This document shows, in pieces, positions 30,313-39,453 of a DNA stretch of 64,000 nucleotides. The stretch covers positions 125,151 to 189,150 of the forward strand of contig CAWHJM010000006.1 of NCBI GenBank assembly GCA_963829615.1, given 5' to 3'. Numbering within the stretch: position 1 is the stretch's first letter; each line of letters starts with the position of its first letter. Position numbers and translations under genes: made by a program. The DNA comes from an uncultured Chloroflexia bacterium (GTDB taxonomy: Bacteria; Chloroflexota; Anaerolineae; Anaerolineales; Villigracilaceae). The notes below the pieces were generated by a model. The model did not search any database, was not told the DNA's origin, and worked only from the letters and a program-made list of their open reading frames with translations.

Positions 30313-30683
30313 GGCAGGCTCGTCCCGGGAATGGGCTGCCAGGTTTGTAGGGCGACTGCCAGTTCTTGAATGAGCGTCAGGTCATCGGCAGGGTAGGCAG
30401 ATTGTTTTGCGTAGTTATAAGCCTCCCCAGCTATCAGGGCGGGCGGTTGGCTGCCAAAAACGGCCAGGCGTTGGGCCGCCAGCGCGGGGTCCTGCTCGGC
30501 CTGATACGCTTCGGCGACCATGAGCACGTAATCGGTCCGGTAGTCGATGCGCAGCGCGTTAGGAGTGATGTCGGTATATTGGACCGGATTGATCACCCAG
30601 CCATAGACCAGTCCGAGCGTAAGTCCAAGTATTACAGCAATGAGAATAGAGAGCCAACGGGGCATGATGTTATTTTGCCACAA
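30309..30683 (-). CDS. Hypothetical membrane-anchored protein (short paralog)
   Basis: See 29437..30312. The stop and start overlap (ATGA at 30309-30312). Confidence 0.55.
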   Translation of the reverse strand: MWQNNIMPRWLSILIAVILGLTLGLVYGWVINPVQYTDITPNALRIDYRTDYVLMVAEAYQAEQDPALAAQRLAVFGSQPPALIAGEAYNYAKQSAYPADDLTLIQELAVALQTWQPIPGTSLP

Positions 30684-30742
30684 CCGGGAAAGAATGACCA
30701 GTGCGACAATTGTATTGGATATAAAAATTGTTGGATGTAGAA

Positions 30743-30796
30743 GTCCAAAATCTCCCGATTTTGGACTCGGCTTACTACATTTAGTCGTGTTATAAT
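30743..30796 (+). promoter_or_regulatory. Perfect 10-bp inverted repeat (candidate operator) plus extended -10 (TGTTATAAT) upstream of the STAS gene
   Basis: GTCCAAAATC-TCCC-GATTTTGGAC lies at 30743-30766. TG is at 30788-89 and TATAAT at 30791-30796. An RBS GGAGGA precedes ATG 30840. There is no good -35. Confidence 0.4.
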
Positions 30797-30839
30797 TTTT
30801 TCACTATATACGGAACACCTCATCCTTGGAGGAATACAG

Positions 30840-31175
30840 ATGGAAATTACAACCAAACAGTTCAAAAGTTGTGATATGGTCGTTGTGAGTGGGCGTGTGG
30901 ATAGCAGCACTGCGCCCCAGTTGACCGAAGCGCTCGAAGGTATTACCGATAATGGCCGTTATAAGATCGTTTTGGATATGGGCGACCTGGAATATATGTC
31001 GAGTGCTGGTTTCCGCGCCTTGATCTCCATCCAGCGTGTTTGCAAACGTTATAACCGGGGTGAGATCGTCCTGGCTGCTGTTACCGAGCGTATCTATGAA
31101 GCTCTGGAATTGGCCGGGTTCACCGAACTGTTCAAAACCTACCCCGATGCTGTTGAAGCAGTAGGCAGTTTTTAG
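30840..31175 (+). CDS. STAS-domain anti-sigma-factor antagonist (SpoIIAA/RsbV-like)
   Basis: 'LDMGDLEYMSSAGFRALI' has the conserved phosphorylatable Ser context. Size is 111 aa. Confidence 0.85.
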   Translation: MEITTKQFKSCDMVVVSGRVDSSTAPQLTEALEGITDNGRYKIVLDMGDLEYMSSAGFRALISIQRVCKRYNRGEIVLAAVTERIYEALELAGFTELFKTYPDAVEAVGSF

Positions 31176-31207
31176 TCTGTTAGAATAATTTTCTCTTTAT
31201 TGGAAAT

Positions 31208-31243
31208 AAGCCGCCTCCGTCTGCGGGATGTAGGCGGCTTTTG
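31208..31243 (+). terminator. Intra-module stem-loop (possible attenuator/terminator) between the STAS and kinase genes
   Basis: AAGCCGCCT-N15-AGGCGGCTT followed by TT(G). The T tract is short. Confidence 0.4.
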
Positions 31244-31252
31244 ACTTCTAAG

Positions 31253-31672
31253 ATGAGTACATTCACCTTCGATGCAAGTTTTGATAGCCTGGATGAAATC
31301 CGGGAATTCGTCGGAGAAGTGGCACGCCAGGGCGGATTCTCGGATAAGGAGATTTATTCTATTCAGTTGGCAGCCGATGAAGCCAGCTCCAATATTATCG
31401 AACATGCGTACGCTGGTGTGGGGAACGGTAAAATCGAGATAGATTGCAGCATTTCTGAGACTGAATTGAAAATTGTTATGCGCGATCACGGGAGATCTTT
31501 TGATCCTTCCACGGTGCCTGAACCAAACGTCAAGGCTGACCTTTCTGAGCGCAAGATTGGCGGATTGGGAATGTACCTGATGCGCAAGTTGATGGATGAT
31601 GTTTCATACAAGTCGTCTGCCGATGCGGGCAATGTCCTGACGATGATCAAACGGACGGGAGTTAACGGGTGA
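31253..31672 (+). CDS. Anti-sigma regulatory factor, Ser/Thr protein kinase (RsbW/SpoIIAB-like, HATPase_c_2)
   Basis: 'QLAADEASSNIIEHAY' and 'GGLGMYLMRKLMDDV' are present. The start is ATG 31253 (the ORF track gives TTG 31241). Confidence 0.8.
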   Translation: MSTFTFDASFDSLDEIREFVGEVARQGGFSDKEIYSIQLAADEASSNIIEHAYAGVGNGKIEIDCSISETELKIVMRDHGRSFDPSTVPEPNVKADLSERKIGGLGMYLMRKLMDDVSYKSSADAGNVLTMIKRTGVNG

Positions 31673-34600
31673 GCGCTGCAACTCGTTCTCCTGAATCGTC
31701 GGATTGGCGAGCGCTTGCTGAGCTTGGAGAACAATTAGTCGGCACTACTTCGCTGGCCACTCAACGAGATCGCATCATTAATATGACCCGGCGTCTGGTC
31801 GCCGGTAAAGTGGACGTATGGTTGCAAGAAAGCCTCTTCCGTTTGCCCGATCATGACGAAGAGTCTCTCTTTCCGCCCGAACCGGAATTGGACGGAATGC
31901 GTGAAGCCTTCCATTCGGGCAAGCCGATTTTTCACACAACTTCCCAAAAAGATAATTCCAACGGAATCTGCGCTGCCTTCCCGCTTGAAGACCAGGGGGT
32001 AATGCTAGGCGTGTTGCAAGTCAGCCGCTTGGGAAAAGATACCTTTCCACAGGAAGAGCTGGAACTTCTCGAAGTATTGTCCACTATTATTTCAGTAGGG
32101 TTATTTGCTGCGCACCGAGTGGCTGTGGAGCGTTTCCGCTTGAACCAGCTCAATTTGGTGCGTGAAGTCAGCGCCCAGATTGCCAATGTCATGGATGTGG
32201 ACGAACTGGCGCGCCGCGTGACCGAACTTATTCAAAAAACATTCCATTATTATTACGTAAGCATTTTTACACGCGAGCCCGGTGAACCTAAACTGCATTT
32301 CCGTTCCAGTGCCTCCGCGCCGCGTAAAGGACGCCGTAAGGCGCAGAACCTGCTGGAGGTGGAACTTGGTCAGGGTTTGATTGGGCAGGCTGCTCAGGCG
32401 GGCGAGCGCATTATGGTAGAAGATGTCCGGGCGGATCAGCGCTTCCGGTTCATTCCCAACCTGCCAGAGACCAAATCCGAAGTCGTCTTGCCCCTTAAGC
32501 TTGAAGACCGGGTATTAGGGGTTTTGGATGTCCAGAGTGACCAACTGCACGCTTTTCATCCCAATGATTTGTTGATTCTGGATGCGTTGGCAGCTAACAT
32601 CGCTCGAGCCGTGGAAGGCGCGCAACTGTACAGTGACTTGCGCCGTCGTGCGAACCAATTGGCGCTTATCGCTGAGGTGAGCGACGCGGTTACCTCTTCG
32701 TTGGATTTGAGCAAAGTCATGCACAAGGCTGTTGATCTCATCCATGACAAGTTTGGTTTTCCTTATGTGCATTTGTTTACCGTGCATCCCAACCGCCGGC
32801 TAATCATTTATGAGGCTGGTAGTGGCACGCGCAGCCAAAAACAGGAAGGTTATGCGGTGTCATTGGATGCATTGCAGGGCATCATTCCCTGGGTGGCGCG
32901 GACCGGAGAAGTGGTTCTTGCAAATGATGTCAGTCAAGATGAACGCTATGTCAACTCGCCGTTTTCACCAGATAATACGAGTTCGGAATTATGTGCCCCC
33001 TTGTTATTCGACCAGGAAGTAGTGGGTATCCTGGATGTGCAGAGCGATAAAAGTAATGCCTTCACCGAAGATGATCGCATGCTCTTCGAAGCGGTGGCGG
33101 ATAATATCGCTTCAGCAATCCACAACGCTGACCTGTATTCCTCGGAGCAATGGCGACGCCGGGTGGCCGATAGCCTGCGCGAAGTGGCGGTTTTGCTCTC
33201 TGCCAATGTGGGCGTGGAGCAGGTGCTTGATGAAATCCTTGCGGAGTTAAATAACACCCTTCCGGTGGATGTATCGGCGATATGGTTGTTTGAAGATGGG
33301 GATTTGTATCTGGCCGCAGCGGATGGATGCGATGGAGATCTGTTGGAAAATGCTCGTCAGGGTTCGCCTGAAGCATCCGTAGCTATGATGAGTATCCTGA
33401 TTTCCGAGCAGCCGGTGATACGTCGTCCCGGTGACGCCATGTGGCCTTCAGGGTTGGCTGCCAGGTTCAACGAAGACTATTCGTCCATTGCTGCACCTTT
33501 GCGCGTTGGTGACCGGCCTGTCGGCGTTTTGACTCTGGCGCATTCCACACCCGGGCGTTACGGTCATGAAGCCCAGGCCATGACCACCACTTTTGCCAGC
33601 TATGCTGCCGTGGCGATTGAAAATGCGCGCCTGTATGATTCGGCGCAGGAACAAGCCTATGCATCGGCGGCGTTGTTACAAGTGGCGCAGGCTGTCGTCA
33701 GTCTGAATGATCTCGATGAGATTCTGGGCACGATCATCCGCATCATGCCTATCCTGGTGGGCGTCGACCGTTGCGTTTTATATCTTTGGAACTCTGATAA
33801 GGAAGCTTTCTGCCCGTACGAAGAATACGGTCTTTCCGAAGATGATGAGATCGAATTTTGGGATGATGAGTATCCTTTGAACGTCTCTCCCCTGCTGGAT
33901 GCTGCTCGCGATCAGATGCGGCTCTTGGCTGTACCTGCTGTCGAGACTGAATCTTTGAAAGATTGGATGACAAAAGAAGCTCTTGATGAAGCTTCGGAGA
34001 ACGCAGCCCTGGCCAGCAACCATCAACTGCTTCTAACTGTACCGCTGCTGATCAAGAATGACATCTTCGGGATTTTGCTGGTACAGGAGGCTCCTGGCGG
34101 CCTGCGTTTCCGTGCCCGTCGTCTGGACATTATCAATGGCATCGCGCAGCAGGCAGCCCTGGCGGTCCAGAATGATCGCCTCCAGGAAGAAATGGTGGTC
34201 CGCGAACGCCTCGAGACCGAGGTCCAACTGGCCCGCCAGATCCAGCAAACCTTCATCCCGGAAACGCTGCCAATCCTTTCTGGATGGGACCTGGCAGCCC
34301 GCTGGTTGACGGCGCGTCAGGTGGGCGGCGATTTCTACGACGTGATGGAATTGCCCGGCAAGCGCATCGGCCTGTTCATTGCCGACGTGGCCGACAAGGG
34401 CGTCCCGGCAGCGCTCTTCATGGCGCTCACACGGACGCTCGTGCATGCCGCCGTTATCGAGACCGAGTCGCCAGCCGAAGCCTTACGCCGTGTCAATGAC
34501 TTGCTCATCCCGGATACGCAGCAGGGCATGTTCGTCACCGCTGTGTATGCCGTGCTCTATCCGGAGACCGGGGAACTAATCTACGCCAATGCGGGACATA

Positions 34601-34932
34601 ACCCGCCCCTGTGGTTGACGCACGCTGGCAAAGTGGAACGCCTTACGCGCACCACCATGGCTTTGGGAGTTGTAGAAGGCACAGATGCAGAAGAGCGGAC
34701 GATTGAACTGAAGAAGGGCGACAACCTGCTTTTCTATACTGACGGCTTGAGCGAAGCCTTCTCTCCCGATGGTGATTTGTTTGAAGAAGAGCGCATCATC
34801 GCAGCTTTACAGGCTAGAAAATCAAAATCTGCTGAACGTATCTTACAGGGTATTGAAGCTGACTTGGATGAATTTGTAGGTGATGAAGACCAGGCTGATG
34901 ATCTGACGATGTTGCTTTTGAAACGCGAGTAA
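31669..34932 (+). CDS. Multi-GAF-domain PP2C (SpoIIE/RsbU-type) serine phosphatase, 1087 aa
   Basis: About five GAF-like repeats are visible ('...LGVLDVQSD...F...D...L..LA..IA.A'). The C-terminal SpoIIE domain has 'GGDFYDV', 'IADVADKGVPAALFMA', 'YANAGHNPP', 'FYTDGLSEA' and 'DDLTMLLLKR'. The GTG start overlaps the kinase stop. Confidence 0.85.
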   Translation: MSAATRSPESSDWRALAELGEQLVGTTSLATQRDRIINMTRRLVAGKVDVWLQESLFRLPDHDEESLFPPEPELDGMREAFHSGKPIFHTTSQKDNSNGICAAFPLEDQGVMLGVLQVSRLGKDTFPQEELELLEVLSTIISVGLFAAHRVAVERFRLNQLNLVREVSAQIANVMDVDELARRVTELIQKTFHYYYVSIFTREPGEPKLHFRSSASAPRKGRRKAQNLLEVELGQGLIGQAAQAGERIMVEDVRADQRFRFIPNLPETKSEVVLPLKLEDRVLGVLDVQSDQLHAFHPNDLLILDALAANIARAVEGAQLYSDLRRRANQLALIAEVSDAVTSSLDLSKVMHKAVDLIHDKFGFPYVHLFTVHPNRRLIIYEAGSGTRSQKQEGYAVSLDALQGIIPWVARTGEVVLANDVSQDERYVNSPFSPDNTSSELCAPLLFDQEVVGILDVQSDKSNAFTEDDRMLFEAVADNIASAIHNADLYSSEQWRRRVADSLREVAVLLSANVGVEQVLDEILAELNNTLPVDVSAIWLFEDGDLYLAAADGCDGDLLENARQGSPEASVAMMSILISEQPVIRRPGDAMWPSGLAARFNEDYSSIAAPLRVGDRPVGVLTLAHSTPGRYGHEAQAMTTTFASYAAVAIENARLYDSAQEQAYASAALLQVAQAVVSLNDLDEILGTIIRIMPILVGVDRCVLYLWNSDKEAFCPYEEYGLSEDDEIEFWDDEYPLNVSPLLDAARDQMRLLAVPAVETESLKDWMTKEALDEASENAALASNHQLLLTVPLLIKNDIFGILLVQEAPGGLRFRARRLDIINGIAQQAALAVQNDRLQEEMVVRERLETEVQLARQIQQTFIPETLPILSGWDLAARWLTARQVGGDFYDVMELPGKRIGLFIADVADKGVPAALFMALTRTLVHAAVIETESPAEALRRVNDLLIPDTQQGMFVTAVYAVLYPETGELIYANAGHNPPLWLTHAGKVERLTRTTMALGVVEGTDAEERTIELKKGDNLLFYTDGLSEAFSPDGDLFEEERIIAALQARKSKSAERILQGIEADLDEFVGDEDQADDLTMLLLKRE

Positions 34933-34950
34933 TCAACGTGAAGCACCCTC

Positions 34951-34976
34951 AGCCGCCAATTTCGGCGGCTTTTTTA
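34951..34976 (+). terminator. Rho-independent terminator after the phosphatase gene
   Basis: AGCCGCC-AATTTC-GGCGGCT followed by TTTTT. Confidence 0.7.
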
Positions 34977-35072
34977 TATTTCCAGGATTTTACACAGAAT
35001 TTACATCCTCGCTATACGGCGATAACCACTTGTTCCTAAAATGAACAGCATAAACATGAAAAGGAGATAACA

Positions 35073-35636
35073 ATGATCAAACTTTCTAGCCTGTTCAAGA
35101 AGACCATCCTGGTAGCCCTGGTTGCTGCCCTTTCCCTGGGCGCTTTGCCTGTCACAAGTGCTTACGCATCCGGGTTGAATGATCCAGCAGATCCGCCCGC
35201 CGACAGTGTACAGCTTTCTAATGAGCGCCTCGAACGAGTCTGGGCGCGTCTGCAGCGAGTCTACGAGCGCCAGGGACAAGTGCTCGATCGCGCCGACCGG
35301 ATGGTTGAAAGATTCCAGAACCTGATCGACCGGATGAACGAAAATGGCAAAGATACTACCGCCTTGCAAGCTGCCCTGGATGCCTTTGAAGAGGCCCTCA
35401 AGGAAGCGCATCCGGTTTACGAGAGTGCTAAAGGCATCCTCAACTCACATCAGGGATTTGACGCTGATGGCAAGGTTACTGATCGCGAGAAGGCTATTGA
35501 AACGGTCAAAGAACTGCGCGACAAAATGCAAGAGGTCCGCGGGATCATTGGCGAGCCTGGCAAAGCCCTGCGCGAAGCCATCAAAACCTTCCGCGATGCA
35601 CACCGCCCGGCAGATACTTTGGGTATTCAAGGATAG
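35073..35636 (+). CDS. Secreted alpha-helical hypothetical protein
   Basis: It has a signal peptide ('LVALVAALSLGALPVTSAYA'). The remainder is charged and helical. An RBS AAAGGAG lies upstream. I do not recognise a family. Confidence 0.55.
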   Translation: MIKLSSLFKKTILVALVAALSLGALPVTSAYASGLNDPADPPADSVQLSNERLERVWARLQRVYERQGQVLDRADRMVERFQNLIDRMNENGKDTTALQAALDAFEEALKEAHPVYESAKGILNSHQGFDADGKVTDREKAIETVKELRDKMQEVRGIIGEPGKALREAIKTFRDAHRPADTLGIQG

Positions 35637-35662
35637 AAGGTTGGCGCCATGCCAGGGATTAA

Positions 35663-35718
35663 CCACGAAGTCACAGAGACACAGAGAATTTAATCTCCGT
35701 GTCTCTGTGACTCTGTGG
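35663..35718. repeat. 25-bp-stem hairpin built from CAC(G/A)(A/G)AG units (REP/IVS-like element; may also terminate 35073..35636)
   Basis: CCACGAAGTCACAGAGACACAGAGA-ATTTAA-TCTCCGTGTCTCTGTGACTCTGTGG gives 22 of 25 arm positions complementary. It is followed by TAAAAATTTT. Confidence 0.7.
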
Positions 35719-35783
35719 TAAAAATTTTCCCTTATGACGGTCTCTCGTCATGGGGATCCAAAAGAACTTCCGAGTTTCGCGCT

Positions 35784-35812
35784 TTGACCTTTCCCCTCAG
35801 TTGGCTTAAAAT
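35784..35812 (+). promoter_or_regulatory. Sigma-70-like promoter candidate for the ridA/two-component operon
   Basis: TTGACC (35784-89), N17, TAAAAT (35807-12), about 30 nt upstream of ATG 35841. Confidence 0.4.
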
Positions 35813-35840
35813 CAAATCACCAAAAACGAAGGAGTGATGT

Positions 35841-36251
35841 ATGAATACAACTGAAGGCAAGAAGATCATCCATACGGACAAAGCGCCGCAGGCCATCGGT
35901 CCCTATTCACAGGCCGTTCGTACCGAAAATATGGTTTACACCGCCGGGCAGATCGGTCTCGACCCGGCCACGATGGAAATTGTCAGCGGCGGCGTGGAAG
36001 CCGAGACGCGTCAAGTGCTGAATAACTTGAAACAGGTGCTGGAAGCGGCCAATTCCGGGTTGAATTATGTGGTCAAAACCACCGTCTTCCTGCGCGATAT
36101 GGCCGACTTCCCCAAGATGAACGCTGTCTATGCTGAATTTTTCCCCGAAAACCCGCCGGCCCGTTCTACTGTTGCGGTGGCGGCTTTGCCTAAAGGCGTG
36201 GCAGTAGAAATCGAAACAATTGCGTTAGTGGCTCCTGGTCACGGCGACTGA
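35841..36251 (+). CDS. ridA: RidA/YjgF/TdcF-family reactive-intermediate deaminase
   Basis: 'APQAIGPYSQAV...GQIG...TTVFLRDMADFPKMNAVYAEFF...PARSTVAVAALPKGVAVEIE' covers the full family signature. Confidence 0.85.
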   Translation: MNTTEGKKIIHTDKAPQAIGPYSQAVRTENMVYTAGQIGLDPATMEIVSGGVEAETRQVLNNLKQVLEAANSGLNYVVKTTVFLRDMADFPKMNAVYAEFFPENPPARSTVAVAALPKGVAVEIETIALVAPGHGD

Positions 36252-36275
36252 CCACTGCATACTGCTCACTGAAAA

Positions 36276-36977
36276 ATGCCTTCCGATCTGATCCTGCTCG
36301 TGGACGATGAACCGTCCATCATCCAACTCGCGCGCATGTACCTGGAACGCGAGGGATTTCGTGTGGTGTCAGTTGGGGACGGGCAGGCGGCCCTCGAAAC
36401 AGTAGCAAGCGGACGTCCGGCCCTGATCGTGCTGGATGTCATGCTGCCGAAGTTGGATGGGTTCGAAGTCTGCCGTCAATTGCGTGCCAAAAATGACCCG
36501 GTTGCCATCCTGATGTTGACTGCCCGCGACGAAGACATCGATAAAATCCTTGGTCTCGAACTCGGTGCGGATGATTATCTGACCAAACCGTTCAATCCGC
36601 GCGAACTGGTGGCGCGTGTGAAAGCTATTCTGCGTCGGGAACGGAAGTCTGCGGCAGGTGAGACCCCCATCTCTCTGGGCGACCTTGTCATGGACCCATC
36701 CCGCCGCGAAGCCCGCCTCGCAACTCGGACCCTCGACCTGCGTACCCAGGAATTTGACTTGCTCCTCACCCTGGCGAAACAACCGGGGCGCGTCTTCACT
36801 CGTGAGCAGTTGCTGCAACAGGCCTGGGGCTTTGACTTTTTCGGTCAGACCCGTACTGTGGATGTACACATTGCACATCTGCGCAAGAAAATGGACGGAG
36901 GCTCGGTGAAGATCGAAACAGTGACCGGCGTGGGCTACAAGCTGATTGTTTCCCCCTCTCCTCGTGAGGGAGGGTAA
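36276..36977 (+). CDS. OmpR/PhoB-family response regulator
   Basis: The receiver reads 'LLVDDEPSI...DVMLPKLDG'. The winged-helix output reads 'LTLAKQPGRVFTREQLL...TVDVHIAHLRKK'. Confidence 0.9.
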   Translation: MPSDLILLVDDEPSIIQLARMYLEREGFRVVSVGDGQAALETVASGRPALIVLDVMLPKLDGFEVCRQLRAKNDPVAILMLTARDEDIDKILGLELGADDYLTKPFNPRELVARVKAILRRERKSAAGETPISLGDLVMDPSRREARLATRTLDLRTQEFDLLLTLAKQPGRVFTREQLLQQAWGFDFFGQTRTVDVHIAHLRKKMDGGSVKIETVTGVGYKLIVSPSPREGG

Positions 36978-36981
36978 GGGC

Positions 36982-38389
36982 GTGTTTACTTCGCTCCGTG
37001 CTCGTCTCTGGTTGAGCTATGCTATTCTGATCGCCACAGCCCTGGGAGTGATGGCCGTGGCGTTTGGCTTTTACCTGTGGCGCAACCCGCTGCTGTATCG
37101 CCAGACCCTGGCACGCCTGCGGACAGTTGAATCGGGTATTGTCAATCGCCAGGGCAATTTGTTTGGGGATTCCATGTCATCAGCAATGGACCGTGCGGCA
37201 AGCACGTTCGATGTACGCATCTTGTTATTCGATGGAAATGGAAACCTGCTCAAAGATACGGATTCATCTCAGCCGGGGATTAATTTGCCAAGACGGACAA
37301 TCTTGAATCGCCAAATCCCGACTGTGCGCGATAAAGCAGGAAAGGTGTGGTTGTATTCACGCCAGTCACTGGAGGATGGCACAACCCTTGTGGTTGCGAC
37401 ACTACGTCCACGCGTGCCGTTGTTGAGTATATTGCGGGATGAATTATTGCCAATATTGGTGCAAGGAGGCGGCATCGCTTTGCTGCTTTCGCTGGTGCTG
37501 GCTTTTGGTGTGGCGCGTTGGGTAGCCGACCCGCTTCAACAGCTTGTGGCGGCCTCGCAGCATGAACCTGTCGCTGAGACAAAACCCGTCTCGGAGCGTG
37601 GCCCGCACGAGGTGCGCGAATTGACGCGCGCTTTCAACGCCATGATCGTGCGTGTGCGCAGCAGCCAAACATCACAACGCAATTTTGTAGCCAATGTGTC
37701 GCATGAGCTTAAAACCCCGCTCACATCCATCCAGGGCTTTGCGCAGGCTATTTTAGATGGCACCGCCAGCACGCCTGTCGAACAGAAACAGGCTGCGGAA
37801 GTCATCTACAACGAAACGGGTCGTATGCACCGCATGGTCTTGGATCTGCTCGATCTGGCCCGCCTGGATGCTGGCACGGCCGATCTCAAGATGGCTGCCG
37901 GTAGATTTACAGATATTACTGGATAGTATCGTAGAGAAATTCAGTTTGCAGGCCCAAAAAGATGGGGTCAGCCTGATCTTGGATTCACTGCCCGATCTTC
38001 CGACCCTGGTCGCTGACGGGGACAGGCTGGCGCAGGTTTTCACCAACCTGGTCGATAATGCTCTCATTCACACTCCCGCTGGTGGGCGAGTGACCTTGCA
38101 GGTTCTGCCAACCCAAACCGAAATGGAAATCCGTGTGGCTGATACCGGGGCAGGCATCCCTGCCGATGCGCTGCCGCATATCTTTGAGCGCTTTTATCAG
38201 GCTGACCTGTCCCGCCCTGGTGGGGAGAAGCATGGAGCCGGTTTGGGGCTGGCAATCGTGCATGAAATTGTGGCCGCACATAGTGGTAGAATTACGGTTC
38301 GTAGCCAGGAGGGGCTCGGGACAACGTTTACTGTTCATTTGCCACTTGTTCAACCGGCGGCAACTACCCTCCTGCATCGAAAAAAATAA
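36982..38389 (+). CDS. Sensor histidine kinase (two TM, HAMP, HisKA, HATPase_c); one +1 frameshift near 37893
   Basis: The H-box is 'SHELKTPLTSIQGF'. The N/G boxes are 'NLVDNALIHTP', 'DTGAGIP' and 'GLGLAIV'. ORFs 36946..37926 and 37757..38389 are colinear. The likely start is GTG 36982, after GAGGGAGGGTAAGGG. Confidence 0.8.
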
Positions 38390-38445
38390 ACCACATCGCG
38401 GATTGCGCGAACCTGTATAATCCGTATACGGTCCGTAAGACTTTT

Positions 38446-39453
38446 ATGTCGCCACGTGTATCAATTATTATTCCCTGCTATAACGAACAGGCAACAATTC
38501 GTCAACTGTTGGAAGCCATTTACCATCAGACCTATCCGCGCACGGAAATGGAAGTCGTGATCGCGGATGGTATTTCGGAAGATGCTACACGCGATGAGAT
38601 TATGGGCTTTAAAAATGAGCATCCTGATTTAGCCCTACGCATAGTGGACAATGCCGGTCGCAGCATTCCCTCAGCCATTAATTGCGCTATTCTAGCTTCG
38701 ATTGGAGAAATGATTGTTCGCATGGATGCGCATTCCCAACCCTATCCCGATTATGTGGAGCGCTGTGTTTCAGCTCTCGATTCAAATCTGGGTGATAACA
38801 TCGGCGGCGTATGGGAGACCAAACCTGGTGGCAAAAGCTGGATGGCCGAATCGATTGCCGTCGCTGCTGCACATCCGCTGGGTGTGGGTGATGCCGGGTA
38901 TCGCATCGGTGCACAGGCTTCGGCAGTAGATACCGTGCCGTTTGGCGCCTTCCGTCGCTCTTTGATTGATAAAATTGGATTGTTTGACGAGACCCTGCTT
39001 TCGAATGAGGATTATGAGTTCAACACGCGCATCCGTCAGTCCGGTGGGCGCGTCTGGCTGGACCCGGAAATTGTCACCGTTTATTATGCCCGTTCCACGC
39101 TGCGAGAGTTAGCCCGCCAATACTGGCGCTACGGGTATTGGAAATTTCGTATGTTGCGTCGTTATCCGAATTCCTTGCGCTGGAGGCAGGGCTTGCCGCC
39201 CCTGTTTGTCGCCAGCCTACTCGGGTTGGCTTTGCTGGCATGCTGGTCACTTGTAGGTTGGCTCTTGCCATTGGAACTCGCAATTTATGGTACAGTACTT
39301 TTGCTGGCGGGTTTGCTGTCTGCTTTGCGACAACGAAAAATATATCTTTTCATAGGATTACCGCTTTCCATCGCCACGATGCATTTGGCCTGGGGCAGTG
39401 GCTTCCTGTGGAGCATCATCATGTCATTATTGGAAAAACAAAAGCATGGCTAA
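38446..39453 (+). CDS. Glycosyltransferase family 2 with C-terminal TM helices
   Basis: 'VSIIIPCYNEQATI', 'DGISEDAT' and 'RMDAH' are present. TGTATAAT at 38414-38421 is a possible extended -10. Confidence 0.85.
   Translation: MSPRVSIIIPCYNEQATIRQLLEAIYHQTYPRTEMEVVIADGISEDATRDEIMGFKNEHPDLALRIVDNAGRSIPSAINCAILASIGEMIVRMDAHSQPYPDYVERCVSALDSNLGDNIGGVWETKPGGKSWMAESIAVAAAHPLGVGDAGYRIGAQASAVDTVPFGAFRRSLIDKIGLFDETLLSNEDYEFNTRIRQSGGRVWLDPEIVTVYYARSTLRELARQYWRYGYWKFRMLRRYPNSLRWRQGLPPLFVASLLGLALLACWSLVGWLLPLELAIYGTVLLLAGLLSALRQRKIYLFIGLPLSIATMHLAWGSGFLWSIIMSLLEKQKHG

Noticed and set aside
36950-36985. CCCCCTCTCC...GAGGGAGGGTAAGGG at the response-regulator/kinase junction as a second copy of such a palindromic element
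   Set aside because: The arms are only imperfectly complementary. The G-rich part is adequately explained as the RBS for the kinase GTG start.
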